This document shows, piece by piece, positions 52,644 to 64,000 of a stretch of 64,000 nt of DNA. Source of the stretch: Octopus bimaculoides. Its lineage: Eukaryota. The translations under genes were made by a program, and so were the position numbers. The first letter of the stretch is position 1; each line of letters begins with the position of its first letter. The stretch is from NCBI RefSeq assembly GCF_001194135.2, contig NC_068993.1:2435840-2499839 (forward strand). The letters run 5' to 3'. Under the pieces are notes generated by a model. The model was not told where the DNA came from. It was given only the letters and a program-made list of their open reading frames with translations, and ran no database searches.

Positions 52644-53188
52644 ATGTATATATATGTATATGCGCGTGTGTAAACATATGTATGTAAAGTCCATATATGC
52701 ATATTTATGTAAAGATGTATGTATATATCTACATTTGTGTGTATATATCTTTGTGTGTTCACATTTTAAAACACTAGAAATAATTCTGATGGCATACAAT
52801 GCGAAATAATTAATAAATGTAAAACAAACTTAGAAACGAACATAAAATATCTCATTATTTGTTACAATTCATTATATGAGCAAGTGATAATAATGACAAT
52901 AATGTAAAGCCGTATATTCATCCATTAGAGCTAGAAAAAGGAGGGAGAAGCTGGTAAGGATGAGGTGGTGTTAGATGTGTACATCTACCTGAACTACAAA
53001 GACAAAATATCAACTCATTATCTTTACACTTTACAGTTTATCTCCGGGATTAATTTGCTACGAAGATCAAACATGCATATTTTTTTTTAGTTTCGTCAAA
53101 TAAAGCAAGTGTTTTTCAACTCTCTCTCTCCTCACTCTCTGTGAGTAAATTTATATGCATATATGTATGTATATATATATATACACAC

Positions 53189-53256
<68 letters not shown>

Positions 53257-54959
53257 GCACATTATACACACATACATATGTATGTGTATATGTGTGTTAG
53301 TGAGAGCGTGTGAGTGACTGTAGAAAGGGACAGAAAAGGTGAGTGGAAGGCTTTATACTCGGCCCCTATTATTGGCACTTACAATTCTATTTGTGTTCTA
53401 ATAAATAATGTGTGAATAGAGAAGAGAGAAACAGAACAAGACAGATGGATATCTCATAGTTGTGTTAATTGAAAAGATAGGGAATGTGTGTATGTGTGTG
53501 TGTGTATGCAGACTGAACTCCACTGACAGTACTGAAGAACCAGGTCAAATAGTGGTGGTGGTTGGGTGGGTGATGGCGCTAATTCGTGAATTAAATTGCC
53601 TTAATCAGAACTTAAACGTCGAGAAGAAATACCCCATGTCATCTTGTCCAGTCCTCTAACATTTCCTCCCAGTCTCACGTGTTGCACTCTACTGTAAATT
53701 ATCCCGTAAAGATGAAAGCCGAAATCGACTACACCGCTATTTAAACCTCGTGTGTGAAGGCCTGTAAAAATACTGCAAATGTTTTCGCTCGAAGCCAGGA
53801 CCAATCTGGCAATTCACATCTTACATAGTAAGATACTGTGTGATCTGGTGTCATAAATATCATGTTGTTTCTTTAAAGAAAATCTCAGGTATTTTTGAGG
53901 GCAAAGATGATGCATTGTGTATTAAGTGGGAGCTGTTAAACATAACTGTAAACCTTACTCTCTGTTTTTTGGTCCAGCGAAATGAAGAGAAAGTTTTTTT
54001 CCTCAAACTTCACAATCCCAGCGTTTTCCATTATTTACAAGCACATTCTGTCAGGCACATCTAGTAGATGTGTCTAACAGTATAATTCAGAAGCAGTAAG
54101 TTGATTTTAGATAAAAATACATCGGAAGCCGCTTATTATGATCGCTTTAGGACAGAGTTTTCGATAACAATAACTGGTCGTTAACATAAGAGAAATAAAG
54201 AGTTTGGGATCTTCTGTTTTTGATAACAATAACAGGTTGGTAACATTATCCGTGATTATATTAAGGACTTCTAGTGTATTAAAAGTATTGCTACGAAAGA
54301 GAATTCATTTACCAGAATGAATAGAAGGAATAAAAGTTTGTGAAGTGATGATTAATTTTCTGGAATTCCGGAAACAGGATGCGAACTACTCATCGATTAA
54401 TCTACTTCTTGTAACCTATAAAATCGACAAACAAAACTCTTTTAGTGCTACAAGACCAAAATTTTTATCGAATTAGGTAATGTGCCACTTTCATGAAAAT
54501 TTTCGTAATCTCCTACACATTTTAAATATTAATTCTTGCTCTATAGAACTTGTCACTAAAGCTAAAACAATATTTAATATATCCTATCATTTATAGAAGG
54601 ACAGCATTATTAAGCCAATAGAGAAATTATGCTTTGAATTAATGCCTGATGGAATAAGGACAAACAAGCATATACAAAAATAGGCAATTAAAAACGAAGT
54701 GATACCTTGTTGAAAAACTTGCCTTTAATATCAATTTACACCCTTAAAAACCTTGTGTGTGATGATCAAACAGAATAGCTAAGAGAAACTAATGAAATTG
54801 TCTAGCAATTATGGACAGAAAATAATGGTTCTCAACGGCACCAGCATTAAAGTGATATCTGGTGAGAAACATACTATTCCAGTAAAACATTCGTGATGTA
54901 AATATTTGAACAAAGTCATTTCAAAATAATTAACGAAATTGTTAATGTAGTTAAAATAA

Positions 54960-55138
54960 AATTGCATCAATGTGTTGATACTGGTGATGGTGGTGACGAG
55001 GGTGGTGAAGATGATTGGTGTTGGGGAATGGAGTGGCGGTAATGGGGGTGGCGGGACCGTTTATTAGTGATGATGGGGCTTTTTTTGTAGAAAAAAGCAG
55101 CGGTGTTGGTGGGGATAATACCGATGTTGTTGTTGTTG

Positions 55139-55169
<31 letters not shown>

Positions 55170-55450
55170 TGGTGATGATGATGATGATGATGATGATGGT
55201 GGTGGTGATAAGGGTAGCAATGGGTTGTAAAGGTAATAATTACAATCACGATAATAACAGCGATCGTGATGTTGATAACACTGTTAGAGGTGGGGGTGTA
55301 ATGTGGGAACAGGGGTGTGTGACAAAGTGATGGAGATGATGGTTATTCTGTTGCTACTAACGTTAATATTAATTATAATAGCAGCGCTCATGATGATGAT
55401 CATGATGATGATGATGGTGCTGGTGCTGGTGCTGGTGCCGGTGGTGGACG
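54960..55450. repeat. Cryptically simple GAT/GGT/GTT region
   Basis: Interleaved (GTT)n, (GAT)n, (GGT)n and (GGTGCT)n runs. Confidence 0.85.
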
Positions 55451-56061
55451 AGGTATCGGTGTTTTAATCATTTTAGTGTTTGAAAGAGGTGTAAATATAA
55501 ATTTGATCGGGCAGCTAATTCGATTTGGTCCTAAAACCACTGTATTATGTGAGAAGAATTACCAGATTATAAAGTACTGCCTATTTTCCTCCCTTAACAA
55601 CGTCACCGCATGAATTCCCTATTGATTTCCACTTCATCTGATTAAGAGACGACAGAATATGAATCGACACCGTATGTGAACAGGAAAATCAGCAACATAT
55701 CTAATATGCACGGTATGGAATAAAGGAACTAATTGTCTATTTTAGAAAGCAATTGTAGAGAATCGTGGTGTTTTGTGATAAAATAGACTAGAGAGGAGAG
55801 ACACGTCTGCTACATCTGTCGATATGGTCGTGTCGATGGCGTTATTTAATATTCCGGTGGACATTTTAGGATGAGTTGGTGTAGAGAGATGCACTGAAGG
55901 TTTGTTAATGTCTCTGTATAACTGAGACCACTTTGCTCATTTGCGTATCATCAATGAGCGCGTGTGCATGTGAAAGCGTGACTGCGTGTGTTTATGAGCG
56001 TATGTCTATATGTATGCGTGTATAAGTATACACACATATATAATGTTGACTATATATATAT

Positions 56062-56377
56062 ATATAAAAGGGATAACCACTAAGTGGACATCCATTATGC
56101 TAAAAGTAGATCACCTATGGTCTGACCACTAAGAAGCGATTGTTCTTAAGAAAATTTAGCAAACACCAGAACTTAAGCGTGCAAGACAAAGGAAAAAATG
56201 CAAATTATGATTAATCACAGACCGGTTAATTTTTATATTTTGTATCTTTTCATTTGTCTTGCTCGCTTACGTTCTGCCGTTTACTGAATTTTCTTAAGAA
56301 CAATCTCTTAGTGGTCAGACCATAGGAAGTCTATTTCTAGCATAATGGACGTCCACTTAGTGGTCATCCCTCTTATA
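56062..56377. mobile_element. Fold-back MITE (TA-flanked, Tc1/mariner-like)
   Basis: Arms about 56063-56208 and 56235-56377 pair along almost their whole length; spacer about 26 nt; ends tataaaaggga / tccctcttata in TA context. Confidence 0.9.
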
Positions 56378-57154
56378 TGTATGTAATATAATTTTTNNNN
56401 NNNNNNNNNNNNNNNNNNNNNNNNNNNNNNNNNNNNNNNNNNNNNNNNNNNNNNNNNNNNNNNNNNNNNNNNNNNNNNNNNNNNNNNNNNNNNNNNNNNN
56501 NNNNNNNNNNNNNNNNNNNNNNNNNNNNNNNNNNNNNNNNNNNNNNNNNNNNNNNNNNNNNNNNNNNNNNNNNNNNNNNNNNNNNNNNNNNNNNNNNNNN
56601 NNNNNNNNNNNNNNNNNNNNNNNNNNNNNNNNNNNNNNNNNNNNNNNNNNNNNNNNNNNNNNNNNNNNNNNNNNNNNNNNNNNNNNNNNNNNNNNNNNNN
56701 NNNNNNNNNNNNNNNNNNNNNNNNNNNNNNNNNNNNNNNNNNNNNNNNNNNNNNNNNNNNNNNNNNNNNNNNNNNNNNNNNNNNNNNNNNNNNNNNNNNN
56801 NNNNNNNNNNNNNNNNNNNNNNNNNNNNNNNNNNNNNNNNNNNNNNNNNNNNNNNNNNNNNNNNNNNNNNNNNNNNNNNNNNNNNNNNNNNNNNNNNNNN
56901 NNNNNNNNNNNNNNNNNNNNNNNNNNNNNNNNNNNNNNNNNNNNNNNNNNNNNNNNNNNNNNTATATATATATATATATGTATACATATACGTGTGTGTG
57001 TGTGTGTACATACATATACATTTATAAGTATAAATGCATGTATATATATAAATATATACAGCATGTGTGGTTTTTAAGGTATTGAAAATTATGTGACAAT
57101 TTATTTACATATCGTAAGGATACAACGTCTAACGTTATGACAATATATATTACT

Positions 57155-57212
57155 CTTTTACTCTTTTACTTGTTTCAGTCATTTGACTGTGGCCATGCTG
57201 GAGCACCACCTT
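57155..57212 (-). mobile_element. SINE family B 3' tail
   Basis: Minus strand ggtggtgctccagcatggccacagtcaaatgactgaaacaagtaaaagagtaaaagag; further tails at about 57905-57955 (-) and 33706-33735 (+). Confidence 0.85.
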
Positions 57213-57971
57213 TTATATATATATATTTATATGGGTGGGGTGTATGCATGTATGTACATTTATTTGTGTGCATACACCTATAGATGTCACTGTGTAAATG
57301 CGTGCGCGTGTGGGTGTTTGTGTGTGTATCGTTGTTGTTGGTGTTCATTTTGTGCTGGTGTAGGTGTGTGTGTGTTTGTATGTGTGTGTGTGTGCAAGCT
57401 AACGGGCATATATTCATGCGTGAAGCATATTTTTAAAATACAAAGAATAAAATAATTACAAATAGAAGAAGCAAAAATAAGGAAAAAGAAATATCAATGA
57501 ACGATCTTATTGATGCCTGTCTATGTGTCACTAGGAAATGGCAGATTTATCAATGAGCTAAGTATAGAGAATGGTTTTACAAGATCGACAACACACGATT
57601 GACAACCGTCTGTCTTCCTCTGTCACAATATCTACACAATGTTATGGACAGATTACTAAAGTTTACATTTAAGTGACATTTTGAAATGATAAACCATTTA
57701 TTACGCTTCACTGCTTCCCATTTCAAACAACATTGTATTTCCGTTAAGGTCCATTTCACATTTATCTTTTAATTCACTAAATGTTAACCTGATATCCTAT
57801 TGACTAACCAACTTGCTCTCTGCTACAACGATTCAGGCGACACTTTCTATGGTTACGGTCAGTAACTATCAATCAAATTATTTTGCTTTCCAGCCTTCTT
57901 TTATTCTTTTTCTGGCTTCATTCATTGGACTGTGACCATGCTGGAGCAGCACCTTCAAGAGTAAGTTTATC

Positions 57972-58035
<64 letters not shown>
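57972..58035. repeat. (ATT)n microsatellite
   Basis: Visible directly. Confidence 0.97.
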
Positions 58036-58349
58036 TTTATATAATTTAAAATCGATTTCGTTGGCTGCAGTCTTTATCTAATGTTTATTCTATCGTTTTT
58101 GAAAGATAAAAAATAGAAAGAACGTATTAATGTAAAGACATGCTTACTGCAGTGCGCTTCTGTCTGTCTGTCTGTCTGTCTGTATGTATGTATATTTGTA
58201 TGTCTGTATGTCTGTATGTATGTATGTATGTATGTATGTATGTACCACTGTCTACCTTACGCTGATACAAATATACATACATGTGTGTGTATACATATAT
58301 ACATATATACACACACATACATATATATATATATATATGCATGCATAGA

Positions 58350-58385
<36 letters not shown>

Positions 58386-59300
58386 TACATACATACATAT
58401 ATATATATATATACAATAATACATACAGAAATTGTAAATTCCATTTTGGGCCTTTTTCGGTAGTTTTCCGAGAACGTTTATTTCATCTAATTGGATTCCA
58501 CAACATCACCAAACCGCCATAGATTTATAACTAATCCCATGTAACCACTAGCCTTATGCTGCTGGTCACAGATGGATTTCAATGCCTTTACCCGACCTGG
58601 TGACGGTTAGATTTCTAACTACACTTAAAGACTTGCTACTCACACTAAGTAGGATCAAGACAAATTTTCTTTATATCAGATATCAAGTGTTAAAGCCTTT
58701 CTCTTTATTGTTTTACTGCATTGAGTTATTGGTTTTGTGTTGTGATATACATGTATGTATCCTTACAACTAATTGAAATCATTAAAACTAATTGAAAGAA
58801 AACAATATGAAACACTCGGAGAACATGGTGTAAGACTTGTTATTCTTGTTGTTATTCAAACCTAGATTATATCTGAGCAAATAGACTCGTAGCCACCGTC
58901 TCTCCTCCTATGTACAGGAAATTCGTGGCTATATAATCTCATGTCAACGTTTCTAAACGGTGATGACGTGATTTGAGGGATGCATCTGCTGTTTCTAACA
59001 GGTTCTGTAACCATGTGAAAGTTTCCTCGAAGTATAGAGGAGAAAAAAACTAAAAGATTACATGTAAACCAACAGCAGAAGTATATTGCATCCCTGATGC
59101 AGAATAACATATTAAAATGACCAGACATTGTTATCAGGCTATCATACAGCATTTCTAGGATTCTATTTGATGTGGTGAAGAATTTTATGCACCGAATCAA
59201 GTGAAATGTATTTCATAATGGTGAAAAATTCTCATGGTTTTATAAGTGTCTGAAGAAGTTCCAAATGAATGTTTTTCTCAGAACAGTCTATGGCATTCAT

Positions 59301-59352
<52 letters not shown>

Positions 59353-61965
59353 CCGGTTCGCGATGCAACTTCCTGTATGACTGCGTATATGTGTGCATGC
59401 TGTATGTATGTCTGTAGGTTCCTGGAAGATGTAAACTTACTATGTCTAATACAAGTGTTGACATCTAAGCAATTACAGCAATATCTAACAAAATATATAT
59501 ATATATTTAATTGAAAATAAAAGAAAATAAATACGAAAATTGAAGAAAAAAAATTAAATGAAAAGTAACTTTTCTCAAAATACTTTATTTGACAAGATTT
59601 CTTTTTCTTTTTCATTAAAAAGATTTCTTTAAAAAAACTGGAAATAGTTATAAGAATTCATCAAAGATATGAAATAAAAGATATTGAAATATAAGATAGT
59701 GTAATGATATATTCCAGTTTTATTTAACAATACTACCTCTTTAAAATTATTGATTTTTATAAACTTTATTTTATTACTGTTTATACTGAATAACCTTTGG
59801 ACATAACAGACTTTTGTAGAAACAACAGTCTATGAGAAGTATGGAAGATTACACAGTACAATATAAAAGCACAATGGGTGAGTATTTAGCATAATATTAA
59901 CAAATCCTTGACTCGAGACTACTACTAGCAATGAAATAATATTTTGTTCCGCTAGAATAGAATGTGTAGATGTTTGTATATTGTCTCCTCCAACAGATCA
60001 TGAAAATGAAGTGGGTTCTTCATTTAATTACGTTAATGACATATAGGATGCTTTGTCCAGTCTAACATGCCGCAGTTGTCCATAGGAACTTCACCGAACC
60101 CCACATTGCTGAAATTTATGGAGACGGATCTTTGGCGTGAGCATAGCTTTCGCACTTCCTCTCATAAGATCTGAAGCTCCTGTAAAAAACAAACAAAGAA
60201 AAACAGGAAGCTATCCTTTCTCTTCCGGCTAAAACCTATAAAAATTCATAGGGTCTCTTCCATCAAAGAGTAAACAACATGGTAATAATTTTAAAAATTG
60301 TCAAGCATTTATATACTGTAAACTTCAATGAGACTAGAGCATAAGGCGACTCGTTTCTACATGAAATATTGAATCGCAAATATTTTACTTCCTGTTTTAT
60401 AAACTTAATTTACGAAGAAATATAGTCCTCGTTATGAAAGACTGAAAACAGTAATTCAATTTTAAAGCCGCCTGTTTGCTGCAAGTAGGAAGAGCGATGT
60501 TTATATTCGCTCTGCATCAATTAATGGAGGACAAAAATAATACAAACTAAAACAAGATATGCAGCATAATATACGATAATGTACAATAGTTGGCAAGCAA
60601 TGCTTTTTCTTTTTTTCTTTTTTTCTTTTTCAGGAAATAACTAGAAGAATGATATTCTTAGTTACTAAAATATTTAGACATTGTAGAAATGGTGAAATAT
60701 TACATGTTTCTTTAGTTATAAGTGGTTATCAGTGACAAGATTACAGATCTATCTACTAAGAGACTTGCAAGTAGGGGAGTGGATTGAATTAGGAAAGTTT
60801 TGCGGAGAGATATTCTAATATGAATAAAATATATGTGTTGATATCACATATAACGGAATAAAAAGTAAAAAACTATATTTCTAAAACAACTTTGCGCAAG
60901 CGAATGCCACAAACACTTCATGCTTTGGCTATAATAATAGGTAGATTTTTCAAATGTGATTTTTACACTCTCCAAGATCCTGATCTTTTCGGTGGAAATA
61001 TTTCTGACATGGGAAATGTAAACAAGTTCTTTCTTTTCTACTTTCATTTCATATCATTTTTGCTTATTATTTGTTTGTTTGTTGGTGGGTGTGTTTATTA
61101 CTATTATTATTATTATTATTTTGCTATTTATGACGTTTTTCTTATTTTATTTGTGATGTTTTAGTTTTAGAGAAATAAAGCATGCTTAACCACTTTGGTA
61201 GAAGGCATCTCCTTAAAACAAGAGCTGATTTATTCATGAGCTGTCAGCTAGAATGAAATCAGAATAGGGAAAGAAACATTAAATAGAAACACTATCTACT
61301 TCCATACTGTTTTCTCGTCGTCACCACCGTCTTCAGCTTCCTCATCATTTCTACCATAAATATTAGCTGCAGGAGAGGGATAAAATCTAGTAATATTGCA
61401 TCATCCATTACCACATGAATACATACATATTTACATTAGTGTGTGTGCATGTGTATATGTCATGTGTGTAGGAATGTATATAGGTGTACGTGGAAATGTG
61501 TGTATATCTAAACTCAGTATAAATATATACAAACTCATAGAGAAGTATATGTAACGCGCGTGCACACGCACACATATACATATACTCATACAGAAATGTG
61601 TGTGTTTAATATTCATATTTCTGCAGGTGAATTACGAGTACTTTATGAAATATATAGATGCATGCATGTGCGTGAATATTTTCTCTGTATGTATGCATAT
61701 ATGTACGTATATATATACATGTATGTATATATATATATATATNNNNNNNNNNNNNNNNNNNNNNNNNNNNNNNNNNNNNNNNNNNNNNNNNNNNNNNNNN
61801 NNNNNNNNNNNNNNNNNNNNNNNNNNNNNNNNNNNNNNNNNNNNNNNNNNNNNNNNNNNNNNNNNNNNNNNNNNNNNNNNNNNNNNNNNNNNNNNNNNNN
61901 NNNNNNNNNNNNNNNNNNNNNNNNNNNNNNNNNNNNNNNNNNNNNNNNNNNNNNNNNNNNNNNNN

Positions 61966-62001
<36 letters not shown>

Positions 62002-63149
62002 CATAAGCATTTATATGAATATTTTGTTTTCATACGTGCACTCACACATACATATATATATGTATATACCTACATGCACATACACGCACATATACATACA
62101 CGCACATATATACACACACACATTTGTTTGTACGTGTAAATGCATTTGTGCATGAATTTGCGTTTTGTGTCCCATCGTTTTTATGTGTACATAACTATGC
62201 ACATTTGCATACACACACATACCCTTTTGTGTAACTTACTCCACCCCAAACACAATATGACTGCGCAAAGTATAAGAGTAAATCCATATTTCTATATTTG
62301 TCCTGAGTTAGCATACATACTTGACCTAAATTAACTCACACCGAATTAATCTAAAAAAAAAACCAGACCACTAAATATAAAGAATTTCCAAATGTCTTCA
62401 AGATTTTCAGCAAACCATAACCATAAATTAAGAGAACTGCGGAACAATAACGGATTTAGCTGTGATTGATGATATAAAAGAATGAAGATCAATGCAACTC
62501 TATTTCTATCTTCAATCTTTAATTTCAGTCAAATTTGAATTCGTTCAGCTTTAATTCTTTACATTCTTCTTTCATTTTAAAACCAAGTATTACGGTTTGT
62601 TTGCCCCGCTAGACTTTAATGAGAAAATACACTTCCATCTATCTTGTGTATATATCCAAATATTTCAGTTGGCTGATCTTACTGGAATCATCTCCCTTAT
62701 TTATTGTCTTTCGTTTTAAACAACTGCAGAAGGTATTTTTACTTTTTTTTTTTACATAGATAATTTCAGTGAAGTGATGTTTATCAACTCAAAAATATCC
62801 TCTTTTACCATTTATGAATATTCACAGTTTTGTAATTCTAGTTTCCACAAGAAGCTTGTCACAAGAAATTTTTATTAAAAATTTTATACAGGAATACGAT
62901 ATCTAACAAGAATCTCTATACATATATTCATATTTTTGTACGTCTTTACACATAGATATATGCTTTTACATCGAATATATGTATATAACTCCCGCCAAGT
63001 GTTTTCACTTAAAAAGACAATCAAAACGTAACGTGAGCATATGATCAGACATCAAAATATTTGCGTGGTGGTAGCAGATATATGTGTTTGTGCGTGTCTG
63101 TATGTGCGTGTTTGTGTGTGTCTTATATATATATATATATATATATATA

Positions 63150-63314
63150 GACGTAGGCGTGGCTGTGTGGTAAGGAGCTTGGTTCCCAACCATATGGTTT
63201 GGGGTACAGTCCTACTGCATGGCATCTTGGGAAAGTGTCTTCTACTATAGCTTCGAGCCGACCAAAGCCTTGTGAGTGGATTTGGTAGACGGAAACTGAA
63301 AGAAGCCCGTCGCA

Positions 63315-63372
<58 letters not shown>

Positions 63373-63580
63373 GATGGTATTTATGTGTGAGTGTGTCCTT
63401 GTGTCTGTTTTGTATCCTCAACATCACTTGACAACCGATGTTTGTGTGTCTACGTCCCCTTTCTAGTAGTTCAGCAAAAGAAACCGATATAATAAGTATT
63501 AGACTTACAAGGAAGAAGTACTGGTGTCGATTTGTTCGACTAAAACCCTTCAAGGTTGTGCCCCATCATGGACGCAGTCA
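63150..63580 (+). mobile_element. SINE family B, full length with internal (TA)n(TG)n
   Basis: Head ggcgtggctgtgtggtaag, gggaaagtgtcttctactatagc..gccttgtgagtggatttggtagacggaaactgaaagaagcccgtc, internal microsatellite, tail ccttcaaggttgtgccccatcatgg. Confidence 0.92.
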
Positions 63581-64000
63581 CATGTTTTCTTATACAGGCG
63601 ATGACTCTCAAACAGTTTCGACCGAAGCTGTTATGAATTTTCATAACATCTATTTTACAGTATTACCTCTATATCGTCTATCATATATAAATATACGTGC
63701 TGTATTTCCTGTCTCAACAAAGTCATGCAGAAATATGATAAAGAAATATGATACACAAATCTACCAAAATAGATAAAGAACTTACTCAGAAACGTTGTAT
63801 AAATTAGACATGACATTGTGTTGACCTCAAATTGAATTTATGGAAAAGTAACAAGTCTTAGGTTTTGCCGTTCATAACTGGGGCAGGACGGGGGTATTTC
63901 CATTCGCACATATATCTAAATTCTATATTGCACTTATAGTCACCGGGAACTGCGTCAACCTGACCGAAAATACATAAAATTAGAGAAACCGATTTATTTT

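Noticed and set aside
54951-55249. Ser/Pro/His-rich ORFs resembling a transcription-factor low-complexity region
   Set aside because: Built from trinucleotide runs; upstream in-frame stop, no domain, no good splice signals; similar cryptic repeats occur at 23760, 28850 and 50460.

Overview
AT-rich, repeat-saturated eukaryotic non-coding DNA (intergenic or a very large intron). The repeat signature (tRNA-headed SINEs ending in (ATT)n or gtaaaagag, dense AT/AC/AAT/AGAT microsatellites, decayed RTE/CR1/R4-Dong LINEs) matches what I recall of Octopus genomes; that species assignment is recollection, not a database result. I find no confidently identifiable protein-coding gene. Nearly all listed ORFs are microsatellite or N-gap artefacts, and the few protein-like ones are LINE relics. 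About 3.2 kb is N in 11 gaps, mostly flanked by (TA)n. Best leads: a near-canonical minimal type I hammerhead ribozyme in a short repeat on the minus strand (1726-1771), a speculative HDV-like fold in a SINE body (37414-37472), two long fold-back elements (50190-50383, 56062-56377), a stand-alone tRNA look-alike (48549-48616), and R4/Dong LINE ends that abut (TAA)n arrays. Relic boundaries are approximate (about +/-30 nt, more for the oldest).
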